Shown here piece after piece: positions 26,795 to 34,623 of a stretch of DNA of 64,000 bases (its first letter is position 1; every line of letters begins with the position of its first letter). Source of the stretch: Escherichia virus TH55; sequence record MT446421.1. One strand, given 5' to 3'. The position numbers and the translations under genes were made by a program. The notes under the pieces were generated by a model. It did no database searches. It had not been told where the DNA came from and worked only from the letters and a program-made list of their open reading frames with translations.

Positions 26795-27341
26795 TTTGAA
26801 CCCCTTTAGCATATTCACGACATTCAGCAATAAAACGATTAAGCTTACGTTTCCGTTTACGACCCTCTAATGTATACTCAGCCGCCAAATCAAGAAGCTC
26901 ATCTTTATCATAATTTTTAATATCAGTATAAGTTGGGCGGCGGTCAACCATTCCAAAGTGGTCACCATTTTCCAACATCAAATAACACACCAAATGGTCA
27001 TCATCGTCCGCATTAATAAGCTGCTTATAATCACTTGGTTCATTTAACGCATACACAGAATAACTCAGCCCAGCGAATTCCACTCGTTGAATACCCAGAT
27101 TTACGTCAATAATTTCCAAGGCATCTGCAAAAGAAAGGTCTTCAGCTAAAGCAAAAATAAAAGGCAATTTGGTAGTATCGCCGCGACTTGTTGTTCTTCT
27201 TAAGAAATCATTGGAATAGCCCAAGTCGCGGCGGATTCTATAAAGAACTGTGTTAGTTTCAGTGGCAAGACCACTACCGCCAAACCATTCCACATTTGAT
27301 AAAAGATTATCATATAAAGTCATAATTTTCTCCTCTCCCAA
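26769..27341 (-). CDS. hypothetical protein with C-terminal FIAECR motif (190 aa)
   Basis: Soluble; C-terminal ...RKRKRKLNRFIAECREYAK... Confidence 0.5.
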   Translation of the reverse strand: MGEEKIMTLYDNLLSNVEWFGGSGLATETNTVLYRIRRDLGYSNDFLRRTTSRGDTTKLPFIFALAEDLSFADALEIIDVNLGIQRVEFAGLSYSVYALNEPSDYKQLINADDDDHLVCYLMLENGDHFGMVDRRPTYTDIKNYDKDELLDLAAEYTLEGRKRKRKLNRFIAECREYAKGVQNANVISAK

Positions 27342-27365
27342 TTAGGGGGCTTTGCCCCCTTTATC

Positions 27366-27959
27366 TTACTTAAGTGAATTGATGTATTCTTCAATGTCAG
27401 CGGACGTGGTATCCACACCAACCTGTGGACCTTTGAAGGTTTCAACACGCATCAAGGTGTCTTCAATATCAATCTTAGTCAATGCAGCGATTTCAACAAC
27501 ATCATCTGCAGTCGCAATACCCAGGGCAGATACCTTACGGGTTTCGCGGATGTATTCCAGTTTAACAGCTAGTTCCTGACGAGAATCATCCAGCTCTTTA
27601 ACTTTCAATTTAATTTCATTACGCATTTCAACATAATCGTCTGCCTTCTTACGAAGTTGTTTAGCAGTGCGACGATACAGGAGACCCAGTTTAGCATGGA
27701 CCTGGACATCAGCACCATCAGCAATCAGTTTGCGGATTTCACGCTCTTTTGAGGCGGCGAGTTGGTCTTTTTCATTCGCTAACTCGCGGATGCGTTTTTC
27801 TTCATTAACAGACTTAACGTGGGCGGTCTGGAGCTCAGTAATCTTGTCAATCAGGGTAGACGCCGCTTGAGTATATTGGTCTTCAATAGACAGGTTTTTT
27901 GCCATTGCAGTACCCAGTTTGGAGCGGATGAATTCAACAAGTTTCTTTAAAGTATTCAT
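27366..27959 (-). CDS. coiled-coil protein (197 aa), possibly PspA/IM30-like
   Basis: Almost entirely heptad-rich helix; resemblance to PspA is impressionistic only. Confidence 0.5.
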   Translation of the reverse strand: MNTLKKLVEFIRSKLGTAMAKNLSIEDQYTQAASTLIDKITELQTAHVKSVNEEKRIRELANEKDQLAASKEREIRKLIADGADVQVHAKLGLLYRRTAKQLRKKADDYVEMRNEIKLKVKELDDSRQELAVKLEYIRETRKVSALGIATADDVVEIAALTKIDIEDTLMRVETFKGPQVGVDTTSADIEEYINSLK

Positions 27960-28031
27960 GGTATTTCCTTCAGTTGGTTAATGTTTTATTATCCAGGGAA
28001 CATACTATCATGTTCCCATTAAAGCACTAAT

Positions 28032-28337
28032 TTAGATTTTGTTTTCCTGCACACCATAGTAAAGTTCATCAGACACAATATCCAGGATGCGGCGAACATA
28101 TTCATCATGGTATTGGCAGTCAAAATCAAATGCAACAGTAGTTTCCGCTTCACGAGTGAATTTAACTTGCACATTCAGGTGATTAACAACGTTAGTTAAT
28201 TTATCAGTAAAGAACTCTTTTGCTACCGCCTGTTGGACTTGTACTTTGAACTTGGTGTTGCGAATCATATTTTCAGCAGATGCGAAATTACCAGTTTTAT
28301 CAAAGTCAACAAGCGCCAGGTTGATGATGAATTTCAT
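28032..28337 (-). CDS. hypothetical protein (101 aa)
   Basis: Preceded by promoter-like element 28379-28407 and SD GGAG. Confidence 0.5.
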   Translation of the reverse strand: MKFIINLALVDFDKTGNFASAENMIRNTKFKVQVQQAVAKEFFTDKLTNVVNHLNVQVKFTREAETTVAFDFDCQYHDEYVRRILDIVSDELYYGVQENKI

Positions 28338-28378
28338 TTTATTCTCCAGTGTTTTATTTGGTAACTCAGTATGGAATC

Positions 28379-28407
28379 ATTATGCCTTAAAGCAGGGGGC
28401 TTGTATA
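28379..28407 (-). promoter_or_regulatory. T4-type early promoter-like element
   Basis: Minus strand: -10 CATAAT plus conserved leader; -35 TATACA (weaker); adjacent G5/C8 hairpin 28395-28415. Confidence 0.45.
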
Positions 28408-28423
28408 CCCCCCCCTTTTTGAA

Positions 28424-28867
28424 TTAAATTTCAAATTCTTTGCGGAAGTTGGAAGCATAAGACTGAACTGATGCTTTGTTGAACCCAAACTCACGCACAA
28501 TCATATCAATAACAGCTCTGCGAGCAGCACCATTAGACATATTAACAGTTTTGAACATATCATAGCATAAATCTTTGTTGCTCATACCGGAGCGTTTAGG
28601 TGCCTTACGTTCAGCTTTTGGTTCAGCTTTAGGAGTAGGTTTAACTTCTGGTTTAACCTGTCCATCATTCAGACCTTTAAAAATTTTACCTGCCAGAGTT
28701 GCCAGTTTAGCAGCTTCGCCACGAGTGATACCAAATACTGCCGGGTTAAATGAAATACCTTCAGCTGTCAGACGTTTGAAGAACATACGGGCTGCGGATT
28801 GTGCTTCAGCTTCAGAAGAGTTGTTTAATGCCAGTTTAACGTACTTAACCAGTTTTGAAGTTTTCAT
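28424..28867 (-). CDS. hypothetical protein, paralogue pair member 1 (about 147 aa)
   Basis: Start at M18 (MKTSKL) downstream of promoter 28910-28938; C-terminal block NGAARRAVIDMIVREFGFNKASVQSYASNFRKEF shared with 28951-29376. Confidence 0.5.
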   Translation of the reverse strand: MKTSKLVKYVKLALNNSSEAEAQSAARMFFKRLTAEGISFNPAVFGITRGEAAKLATLAGKIFKGLNDGQVKPEVKPTPKAEPKAERKAPKRSGMSNKDLCYDMFKTVNMSNGAARRAVIDMIVREFGFNKASVQSYASNFRKEFEI

Positions 28868-28909
28868 TTTATTATCCCGTTTGTTTATTTGGTAACTCAG
28901 TATGGGATA

Positions 28910-28938
28910 ATTATACATTATCCCACCTGGAAGTAAAA
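28910..28938 (-). promoter_or_regulatory. T4-type early promoter-like element
   Basis: Minus strand: -35 TTTTAC, 17 nt, -10 TATAAT plus conserved leader. Confidence 0.45.
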
Positions 28939-28950
28939 CACTTTTCTCAA

Positions 28951-29376
28951 TTATTTTTGAGCTTTGCGGAAGTTGGAAGCATATGACTGAACAACAGTCT
29001 TTTTGATATCATGGGTGTTAACCAGAACATCAATCAGAGCGCGACGAGCTGCACCATCTGCCATATCAATTTCTGCAAATGCCTGGAAGCAAATGTCACG
29101 AGCATTACCAGATTTTGACTGGATTTTTTCTTCTTTAACTTCTTCAATTGGGAATTCAATCATTTCAGCTTGGATTAATTCAATGATAGATTCTTTTGAC
29201 TGTTTGGTGTTTACCTTCAGTTCAGAATTAAGGGACTTGGCGATGGCAACAATCTGGGTTGAAGTCAGATGAATAAGTGCATCTTCACGAATGCAGATTT
29301 CACATACTTCATCGGCAACCATTTTGTTGGTGATGCGGGTAACAGAGAATGCAGAGGTCAGGGTCAGGAAGTTCAT
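28951..29376 (-). CDS. hypothetical protein, paralogue pair member 2 (about 141 aa)
   Basis: Start at M28 downstream of promoter 29428-29456; C-terminal DGAARRALIDVLVNTHDIKKTVVQSYASNFRKAQ. Confidence 0.5.
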   Translation of the reverse strand: MNFLTLTSAFSVTRITNKMVADEVCEICIREDALIHLTSTQIVAIAKSLNSELKVNTKQSKESIIELIQAEMIEFPIEEVKEEKIQSKSGNARDICFQAFAEIDMADGAARRALIDVLVNTHDIKKTVVQSYASNFRKAQK

Positions 29377-29427
29377 TTTATTTCTCCAAAGTTTTGTTTG
29401 ATTCAGTGTGTAACTCAGTATGGAATC

Positions 29428-29456
29428 ATTATGCATCCAGTCAATTCGGATGTACA
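29428..29456 (-). promoter_or_regulatory. T4-type early promoter
   Basis: Minus strand: -35 TGTACA, 17 nt, -10 CATAAT; follows terminator 29495-29516. Confidence 0.6.
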
Positions 29457-29494
29457 CTACTTTTTGAAGAAAATTTCAAATTTATTCGGGGTAT

Positions 29495-29516
29495 AAAAAA
29501 GCCCGCAATGCGGGCT
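29495..29516 (-). terminator. rho-independent terminator
   Basis: Minus-strand RNA AGCCCGC-AUU-GCGGGCU followed by U6. Confidence 0.65.
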
Positions 29517-29517
29517 G

Positions 29518-30072
29518 TTAGTTCTTATAAAAGCGGAACGGATTTATATGAAAGGCGAGCATAGCCTTAGGGATTGGTCGGGACAGAAGGCTCTTGAGCT
29601 TCCAACCACAATAAACGCGCAGATAAAAGGTGATTCCACCGACCTTGAGATAAGGAACAGAAGCAAAAACACCCCAGGCATTATCCGTCCACATCCAGAG
29701 CCATCCGTGATGAGCTTTATCCGGGGAACCGGATTCAACATCAGGATTGCCTTTATAATGGAATTCTGAATTGCAATCACGACCGAGCTTGTGGTAAGCA
29801 AAATTGTATGCTTTGTTTCGCCAGAGCCAAGCTACTCGTTGGAAGTAAACACCTAACGGCCATTTTCGGATTTTTGACCAACGTTTGACATGACCCCGGT
29901 CACCATCAATCGGATTATCATAAGTCATCATCCAATCAAACCCGAACGGAAGTTTACCAGTCTTTTTATTATAGAATGGAACTACAAATGGAGCCAGGAT
30001 AACGGCCAGAATCATGGAGATAAAATCCAGTGGAACTAACAGAATCCAACTCAAATATTTTAACAGTTTCAT
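29518..30072 (-). CDS. membrane-anchored protein (about 184 aa)
   Basis: Start at M27 (MKLLKYLSWILLVPL...) because a terminator lies at 30095-30124 inside the longer ORF-track frame; N-terminal TM; Trp-rich. Confidence 0.5.
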   Translation of the reverse strand: MKLLKYLSWILLVPLDFISMILAVILAPFVVPFYNKKTGKLPFGFDWMMTYDNPIDGDRGHVKRWSKIRKWPLGVYFQRVAWLWRNKAYNFAYHKLGRDCNSEFHYKGNPDVESGSPDKAHHGWLWMWTDNAWGVFASVPYLKVGGITFYLRVYCGWKLKSLLSRPIPKAMLAFHINPFRFYKN

Positions 30073-30094
30073 ACGTTTCTCTTTAGTTGATTTA

Positions 30095-30124
30095 TAAAAA
30101 AGCCCCAACCTTTCGGAAGGGGCT
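30095..30124 (-). terminator. rho-independent terminator
   Basis: Minus-strand RNA AGCCCC...GGGGCU stem with internal loop followed by U6; between 30162 stop and ATG at 30072. Confidence 0.55.
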
Positions 30125-30161
30125 ATACCTTGTCGGGGTTCCACCTGCAAGGCAAGTGTTC

Positions 30162-30545
30162 TTATCCGCGAGCGAATGCCATTGCAGCGCGTTCGTTAGC
30201 ACGGTCGGTGATGTTCAAGAATTTATCACGAGCGATTTCGATTGGAGCACCAACCCAGTCAGCAGCACCATTACCTGGAGACTGTTTAGGGCGAACCATA
30301 TAAGTTGAAACTTTGGAACCGGCTAGTTTGGCACCAGGTGCCGCGGCATTTTTAACGTCTTTAGCTTTGATGCCAAACCCAGTTACGATACCCCAAGAAA
30401 CGCCATTAACTGGTTTCTTGAACATAACACGGTCACCAATTGAAACACCGGCTTTTTCTGGAGCCACTAAAGAAAATTTACCAGCTTCAGTCAGTACGGA
30501 TTCGGTGATGGTATTGCGATTTAAAAATTCTGCATATGTAAGCAT
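30162..30545 (-). CDS. putative capsid-targeted (internal-protein-like) protein (about 127 aa)
   Basis: N-terminus MLTYAEFLNRNTITE resembles CTS (MKTYQEF..E); minus-strand TATAAATA at 30576-30583; start could be 30557. Confidence 0.5.
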   Translation of the reverse strand: MLTYAEFLNRNTITESVLTEAGKFSLVAPEKAGVSIGDRVMFKKPVNGVSWGIVTGFGIKAKDVKNAAAPGAKLAGSKVSTYMVRPKQSPGNGAADWVGAPIEIARDKFLNITDRANERAAMAFARG

Positions 30546-30575
30546 TTTGTTTTCCATTATTAGGGTTGTTGTTAA

Positions 30576-30583
30576 TATTTATA
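30576..30583 (-). promoter_or_regulatory. late promoter TATAAATA
   Basis: Exact late consensus on minus strand just upstream of CTS-like gene 30162-30545. Confidence 0.5.
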
Positions 30584-30590
30584 TTCCATA

Positions 30591-30650
30591 GTACCGGATG
30601 CACCATCCGCTCGGATTTCTCATACTACCGGACGCACCGTCCGCTCTGGA
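30591..30650. repeat. tandem pair of 34-bp units each forming a 6-bp hairpin
   Basis: TACCGGATGCACCATCCGCTCGGA / TACCGGACGCACCGTCCGCTCTGGA; stems CGGATG-CAC-CATCCG and CGGACG-CAC-CGTCCG differ by a compensatory T-A to C-G change. Confidence 0.55.
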
Positions 30651-30781
30651 AAAACTCCGTAAAAGGGTGCGCCGTTTCAGCTGTGATATAAGGGGGCATC
30701 AACAAATCGTAAAGATTTATTAATGCCAGTCCTTAAACAGGGAACTTCAGTCCGACGACTTACCGGTAGCGACCCGGTTTC

Positions 30782-31021
30782 TCATTCAATTGTAATAGCT
30801 AATTTGACTTTAACAACCTTATAATTGGAATCAAGGTCATTGAATTCCATAAAATTTGTTGCTAATCTGCGAGTCGGGAAACTTAGATATTTATTATGCT
30901 CAGGTGGAGCGGTTAATGCAAACCATGGGACTTGTTTATCATTTTCATCAAACTCATCAAAGCTATAAACCAACTCGTTGTTGGTTATATCCATAACTGC
31001 ATATGATTCACTAATAACCAT
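30782..31021 (-). CDS. hypothetical acidic protein (about 79 aa)
   Basis: ORF trimmed to M16 so it does not overlap tRNA-Arg. Confidence 0.4.
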   Translation of the reverse strand: MVISESYAVMDITNNELVYSFDEFDENDKQVPWFALTAPPEHNKYLSFPTRRLATNFMEFNDLDSNYKVVKVKLAITIE

Positions 31022-31036
31022 AATATCCTCGGTAAT

Positions 31037-31113
31037 TGGTCGGGGTGGTGGGATTCTAACCCACAACCTACGGTTTAGAAGACCGTTGCTCTATACAATT
31101 GAGCTACACCCCG
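31037..31113 (-). tRNA. tRNA-Arg (anticodon UCU)
   Basis: Hand-folded cloverleaf: 7-bp acceptor CGGGGTG/CACCCCG, D-stem GCTC/GAGC, anticodon stem ACGGT/ACCGT with loop CUUCUAA, T-stem GTGGG/CCCAC, encoded CCA; T-loop is UUAGAAU (A at conserved C56 position). Confidence 0.75.
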
Positions 31114-31189
31114 GGTGGCCCCATCCGGACTTGAACCGGAAACCTGCCAGTTATGAGCCGGATGCTCTAACCAATTGAGCTACAGGGCC
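31114..31189 (-). tRNA. tRNA with CAU anticodon (Met, or Ile if lysidine-modified)
   Basis: Hand-folded: acceptor GGCCCTG/TGGGGCC (two G-U pairs), D-stem GCTC/GAGC, anticodon loop CUCAUAA, T-arm TCCGG-TTCAAGT-CCGGA; abuts tRNA-Arg with no spacer. Confidence 0.75.
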
Positions 31190-31194
31190 TAAAA

Positions 31195-31464
31195 TTAAAT
31201 TACAAATCCAGCGGGAGCATTATCATCTTTAACCATATGCTGAATTGTATGATAAGTCATTTCTTCTGGTGCAACCAGATAAGCCGCAGTGTTAACCAAC
31301 GGGATTAATTTGACTTTATTGAATGTTGAACAACCAATTGACATAAAGGTTTCGCCTGTTGGATGCTGAATTTCGCCAAATTGGCACTCATACGAAATAG
31401 AGCAACGTTTGGTAGTGGTTGTCTTTGTTTTAGGGTCGTAAAAAGCTAATTTTAATACTAACAT
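31195..31464 (-). CDS. hypothetical protein (89 aa)
   Basis: Minus-strand ORF just upstream of tRNAs. Confidence 0.4.
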   Translation of the reverse strand: MLVLKLAFYDPKTKTTTTKRCSISYECQFGEIQHPTGETFMSIGCSTFNKVKLIPLVNTAAYLVAPEEMTYHTIQHMVKDDNAPAGFVI

Positions 31465-31584
31465 AACACCTCAAATAAAATTAAGTAAAGTAAGTTTGAT
31501 TAATAGCACATGCTATTATGAAAGGTTCTTTGAGGGAAGAACCTTTGGTAATAGAGGGTACTTATTAATAATAACGCGTTTTTA

Positions 31585-32067
31585 TTAAAGCATATCAAGC
31601 GCTTTAACAGATGGGATTTGGATTTCTTCTTCGATTATATATAGCTTAACATAAGAAATTACACGCATGAAATCACCATCATTTTCACAAGCCATGCCTA
31701 AAAGTTCGGTCAGGGCTTCATTCAGGTAGTATTCTTCATCATCGCCATTTAGCAATGCATCTAAATCTTCTACACCCAGAACCTTACTTAAAAATTCATG
31801 GGTTAACTGACCAGATTTTACACCAGATGCAATGTAGTCGATAACCAAGTGTTTAACCACATCCCATTCTGAATTACCACATTTGTTGCGGTTATTGCAA
31901 TGCGAACCATAGAAAAGTTCCAGGATATATTTGTACTGTTGTATTTCTTGTTCTTCTACACCAAATACAGTCTGGGTTTTATAATTATCACCATCATTTT
32001 CCCAGGTTTCAATTTCAATCACATAACCTTTAGGGATGGTCTGACCAAATTTGATATTCATTCGCAT
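31585..32067 (-). CDS. hypothetical acidic protein (160 aa)
   Basis: Minus-strand ORF. Confidence 0.5.
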   Translation of the reverse strand: MRMNIKFGQTIPKGYVIEIETWENDGDNYKTQTVFGVEEQEIQQYKYILELFYGSHCNNRNKCGNSEWDVVKHLVIDYIASGVKSGQLTHEFLSKVLGVEDLDALLNGDDEEYYLNEALTELLGMACENDGDFMRVISYVKLYIIEEEIQIPSVKALDML

Positions 32068-32495
32068 GTTCCTTCATCAACAATAGTATGCGTATTGGCA
32101 TTAACAATCTGCCACCAGTCAAAACGGTTGGAACCATAACAAGGCTTCTTCTCGTTTTCTTTAATGATATCACGCAGTTCATCTTCAGTCGCAGCTTTTG
32201 CAATTAAGTCAGCATAACCGCCACGAGGATAATAGCTATCACCAGCAAAGAGCAAAAAGTTTGTTTTGATATTCTTGAATTCTTCAAGAGTAATAACTGT
32301 TCCACCCGGTTGAACAATATCCACATAACTATACCCTAATTCCTGGGCTTTATCTACTGCTTCAAGCAGGGTGTCATACGCCCACCCAATTTGGCAATCT
32401 GATTTTTCAGATGGATTTGCCTGATAATCCGCATACACTTTATACATTTTACTCACCTTTGGAGATTTTATCCATAACGAAAGAGATTGAACCAA
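32058..32495 (-). CDS. hypothetical protein (145 aa or shorter)
   Basis: Minus-strand ORF; start ambiguous (M1 or M17). Confidence 0.45.
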   Translation of the reverse strand: MVQSLSLWIKSPKVSKMYKVYADYQANPSEKSDCQIGWAYDTLLEAVDKAQELGYSYVDIVQPGGTVITLEEFKNIKTNFLLFAGDSYYPRGGYADLIAKAATEDELRDIIKENEKKPCYGSNRFDWWQIVNANTHTIVDEGTCE

Positions 32496-32634
32496 TTAAA
32501 AATGCAACTACTAAAGAGATTATATTCTCAGAAGTTGAAAGCATATTCAACATAAAGCCAGCAAACATGCTAAAACCAAAAACGGTAACAGCAACAAGGG
32601 CAGTAACATTTCTAATTAATTCACAACGTTTCAT
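32449..32634 (-). CDS. small membrane protein (61 aa)
   Basis: Two hydrophobic segments; early promoter 32663-32691 and SD GAGGAG. Confidence 0.45.
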   Translation of the reverse strand: MKRCELIRNVTALVAVTVFGFSMFAGFMLNMLSTSENIISLVVAFLIGSISFVMDKISKGE

Positions 32635-32662
32635 TTTATTCTCCTCAGTAGTTGATGGGATA

Positions 32663-32691
32663 ATTATACGCTATCCCATTCAAAAGTACAC
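32663..32691 (-). promoter_or_regulatory. T4-type early promoter
   Basis: Minus strand: -35 GTGTAC, 17 nt, -10 TATAAT; leader TATCCCATCAACTACTGAGGAG. Confidence 0.5.
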
Positions 32692-32946
32692 TTATTTTTT
32701 AGGGATACGATAGTAACGCATCTCAACATCTTTCTGCTTGTGCCACTTTTTGATAAGGTCTTCAGAACCTTTAATAGTAACGATGTCATAGCGACCATCA
32801 TGCGATACTTCAGCACTTAACTGCATGAAGTTGTCTAGTGAACGGCGCAATTCCTCATTAGAAAAACTACCACGCGGGGAACCAACATAAGCAAACTCAA
32901 CTTTTGCATCTGCGGCTTCGTTAATAAATTCTTGATAAGTTTTCAT
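32692..32946 (-). CDS. internal-protein-like capsid-targeted protein (84 aa)
   Basis: N-terminus MKTYQEFINEA (CTS). Confidence 0.6.
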   Translation of the reverse strand: MKTYQEFINEAADAKVEFAYVGSPRGSFSNEELRRSLDNFMQLSAEVSHDGRYDIVTIKGSEDLIKKWHKQKDVEMRYYRIPKK

Positions 32947-32971
32947 GTTGTCTCCAGTAGTTGATGAGATA

Positions 32972-33001
32972 ATTATACTGCAGTTATCCCATCGCGTATA
33001 C
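32972..33001 (-). promoter_or_regulatory. possible early promoter
   Basis: Minus strand: -10 TATAAT, -35 GTATAC at 18-nt spacing; same leader motif. Confidence 0.4.
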
Positions 33002-33002
33002 T

Positions 33003-33245
33003 TTATTTTAAGTCTTCCAGACGTTTTTTCATCTTGGTGCCATTCTTAGCAATCTCGCCGGCATCAGAACAAAGAGCAAGGAGAGCTTTAACTTTACCCT
33101 GGTCGCCTTTAAAAGATGATGCATCTACTGAATCAGCAAGTTCTTTGATACGTGCAAACAGGCGCTCTGCTTCAGCAAGGGCTTGACCAAGTTTAACTTC
33201 CATACCATGGGAAGATTCTGTTATAAATGTTTGATAAGTTTTCAT
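33003..33245 (-). CDS. internal-protein-like capsid-targeted protein (80 aa)
   Basis: N-terminus MKTYQTFITES (CTS-like). Confidence 0.6.
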   Translation of the reverse strand: MKTYQTFITESSHGMEVKLGQALAEAERLFARIKELADSVDASSFKGDQGKVKALLALCSDAGEIAKNGTKMKKRLEDLK

Positions 33246-33253
33246 TTGAAATC

Positions 33254-33526
33254 CTATTTTAGATAAATTGCATATTTTTTATAACCAGCCGTCTCATGGC
33301 GAAGACCCTTGTCATTGGCAAAACGCTCAATGTTATTAATTTGGTTCTGGTCAAGTTCTGAAATGTCAAACGCAAAAAAGTTGCGTTTGTTACCAATTGT
33401 TATATGGTCAGTTAAGTCAATGCTATACAGGTGATTGATATTGTCAATCATAGCTTTGACTGCTTTACTAATTTTTACTTCTTCATTCAGTTGTGACTCG
33501 TTGAAAAATTCATTGAAAGTTTTCAT
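33254..33526 (-). CDS. internal-protein-like capsid-targeted protein (90 aa)
   Basis: N-terminus MKTFNEFFNES (CTS-like). Confidence 0.55.
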   Translation of the reverse strand: MKTFNEFFNESQLNEEVKISKAVKAMIDNINHLYSIDLTDHITIGNKRNFFAFDISELDQNQINNIERFANDKGLRHETAGYKKYAIYLK

Positions 33527-33534
33527 AAGAAACC

Positions 33535-33867
33535 TTATTTATAAAGTTTTGCCAGTTCTTTACGTCCGCGTGCAGACATAATAAATTGTTCATCGCCAAT
33601 TTTAAAATAAGCCATACCGCCGTCAACAGCGATACCAATTTCTTTAGTACCTTCTTTGCCTTTCCACTTGCCACCAGATTTCAGGACAGCTTCAACTGCA
33701 GCTTTGGAATATTTGGACGTTTGAAAACGTTCATTACCAATCTGAAAGAAAACACCATCTGCATTTTTGGTTAAACCAAATTTCAGAGAGCCTTCACTAT
33801 CATCAATTGATTTGGTCTCATTGATGGCGGATTCGGCTAAAAACTCGTTGTAAGTTTTGATGTTCAT
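33535..33867 (-). CDS. internal-protein-like capsid-targeted protein (110 aa; position of T4 ipI)
   Basis: N-terminus MNIKTYNEFLAES (CTS-like); early promoter 33903-33931; adjacent to 57B as ipI in T4. Confidence 0.6.
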   Translation of the reverse strand: MNIKTYNEFLAESAINETKSIDDSEGSLKFGLTKNADGVFFQIGNERFQTSKYSKAAVEAVLKSGGKWKGKEGTKEIGIAVDGGMAYFKIGDEQFIMSARGRKELAKLYK

Positions 33868-33902
33868 ATTGACTCCGTTTGTTCATTCGTTGGTGTAGGA
33901 AC

Positions 33903-33931
33903 ATAATACTGCACCTACACTTATTTGTACA
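33903..33931 (-). promoter_or_regulatory. T4-type early promoter
   Basis: Minus strand: -35 TGTACA, 17 nt, -10 TATTAT; upstream of internal-protein-like cluster. Confidence 0.55.

Positions 33932-34622
<691 letters not shown>

Positions 34623-34623
<1 letters not shown>

Noticed and set aside
30591-30650. CRISPR array
   Set aside because: Only two 34-bp units with no spacer/repeat periodicity and no cas genes; reported as a hairpin pair instead.
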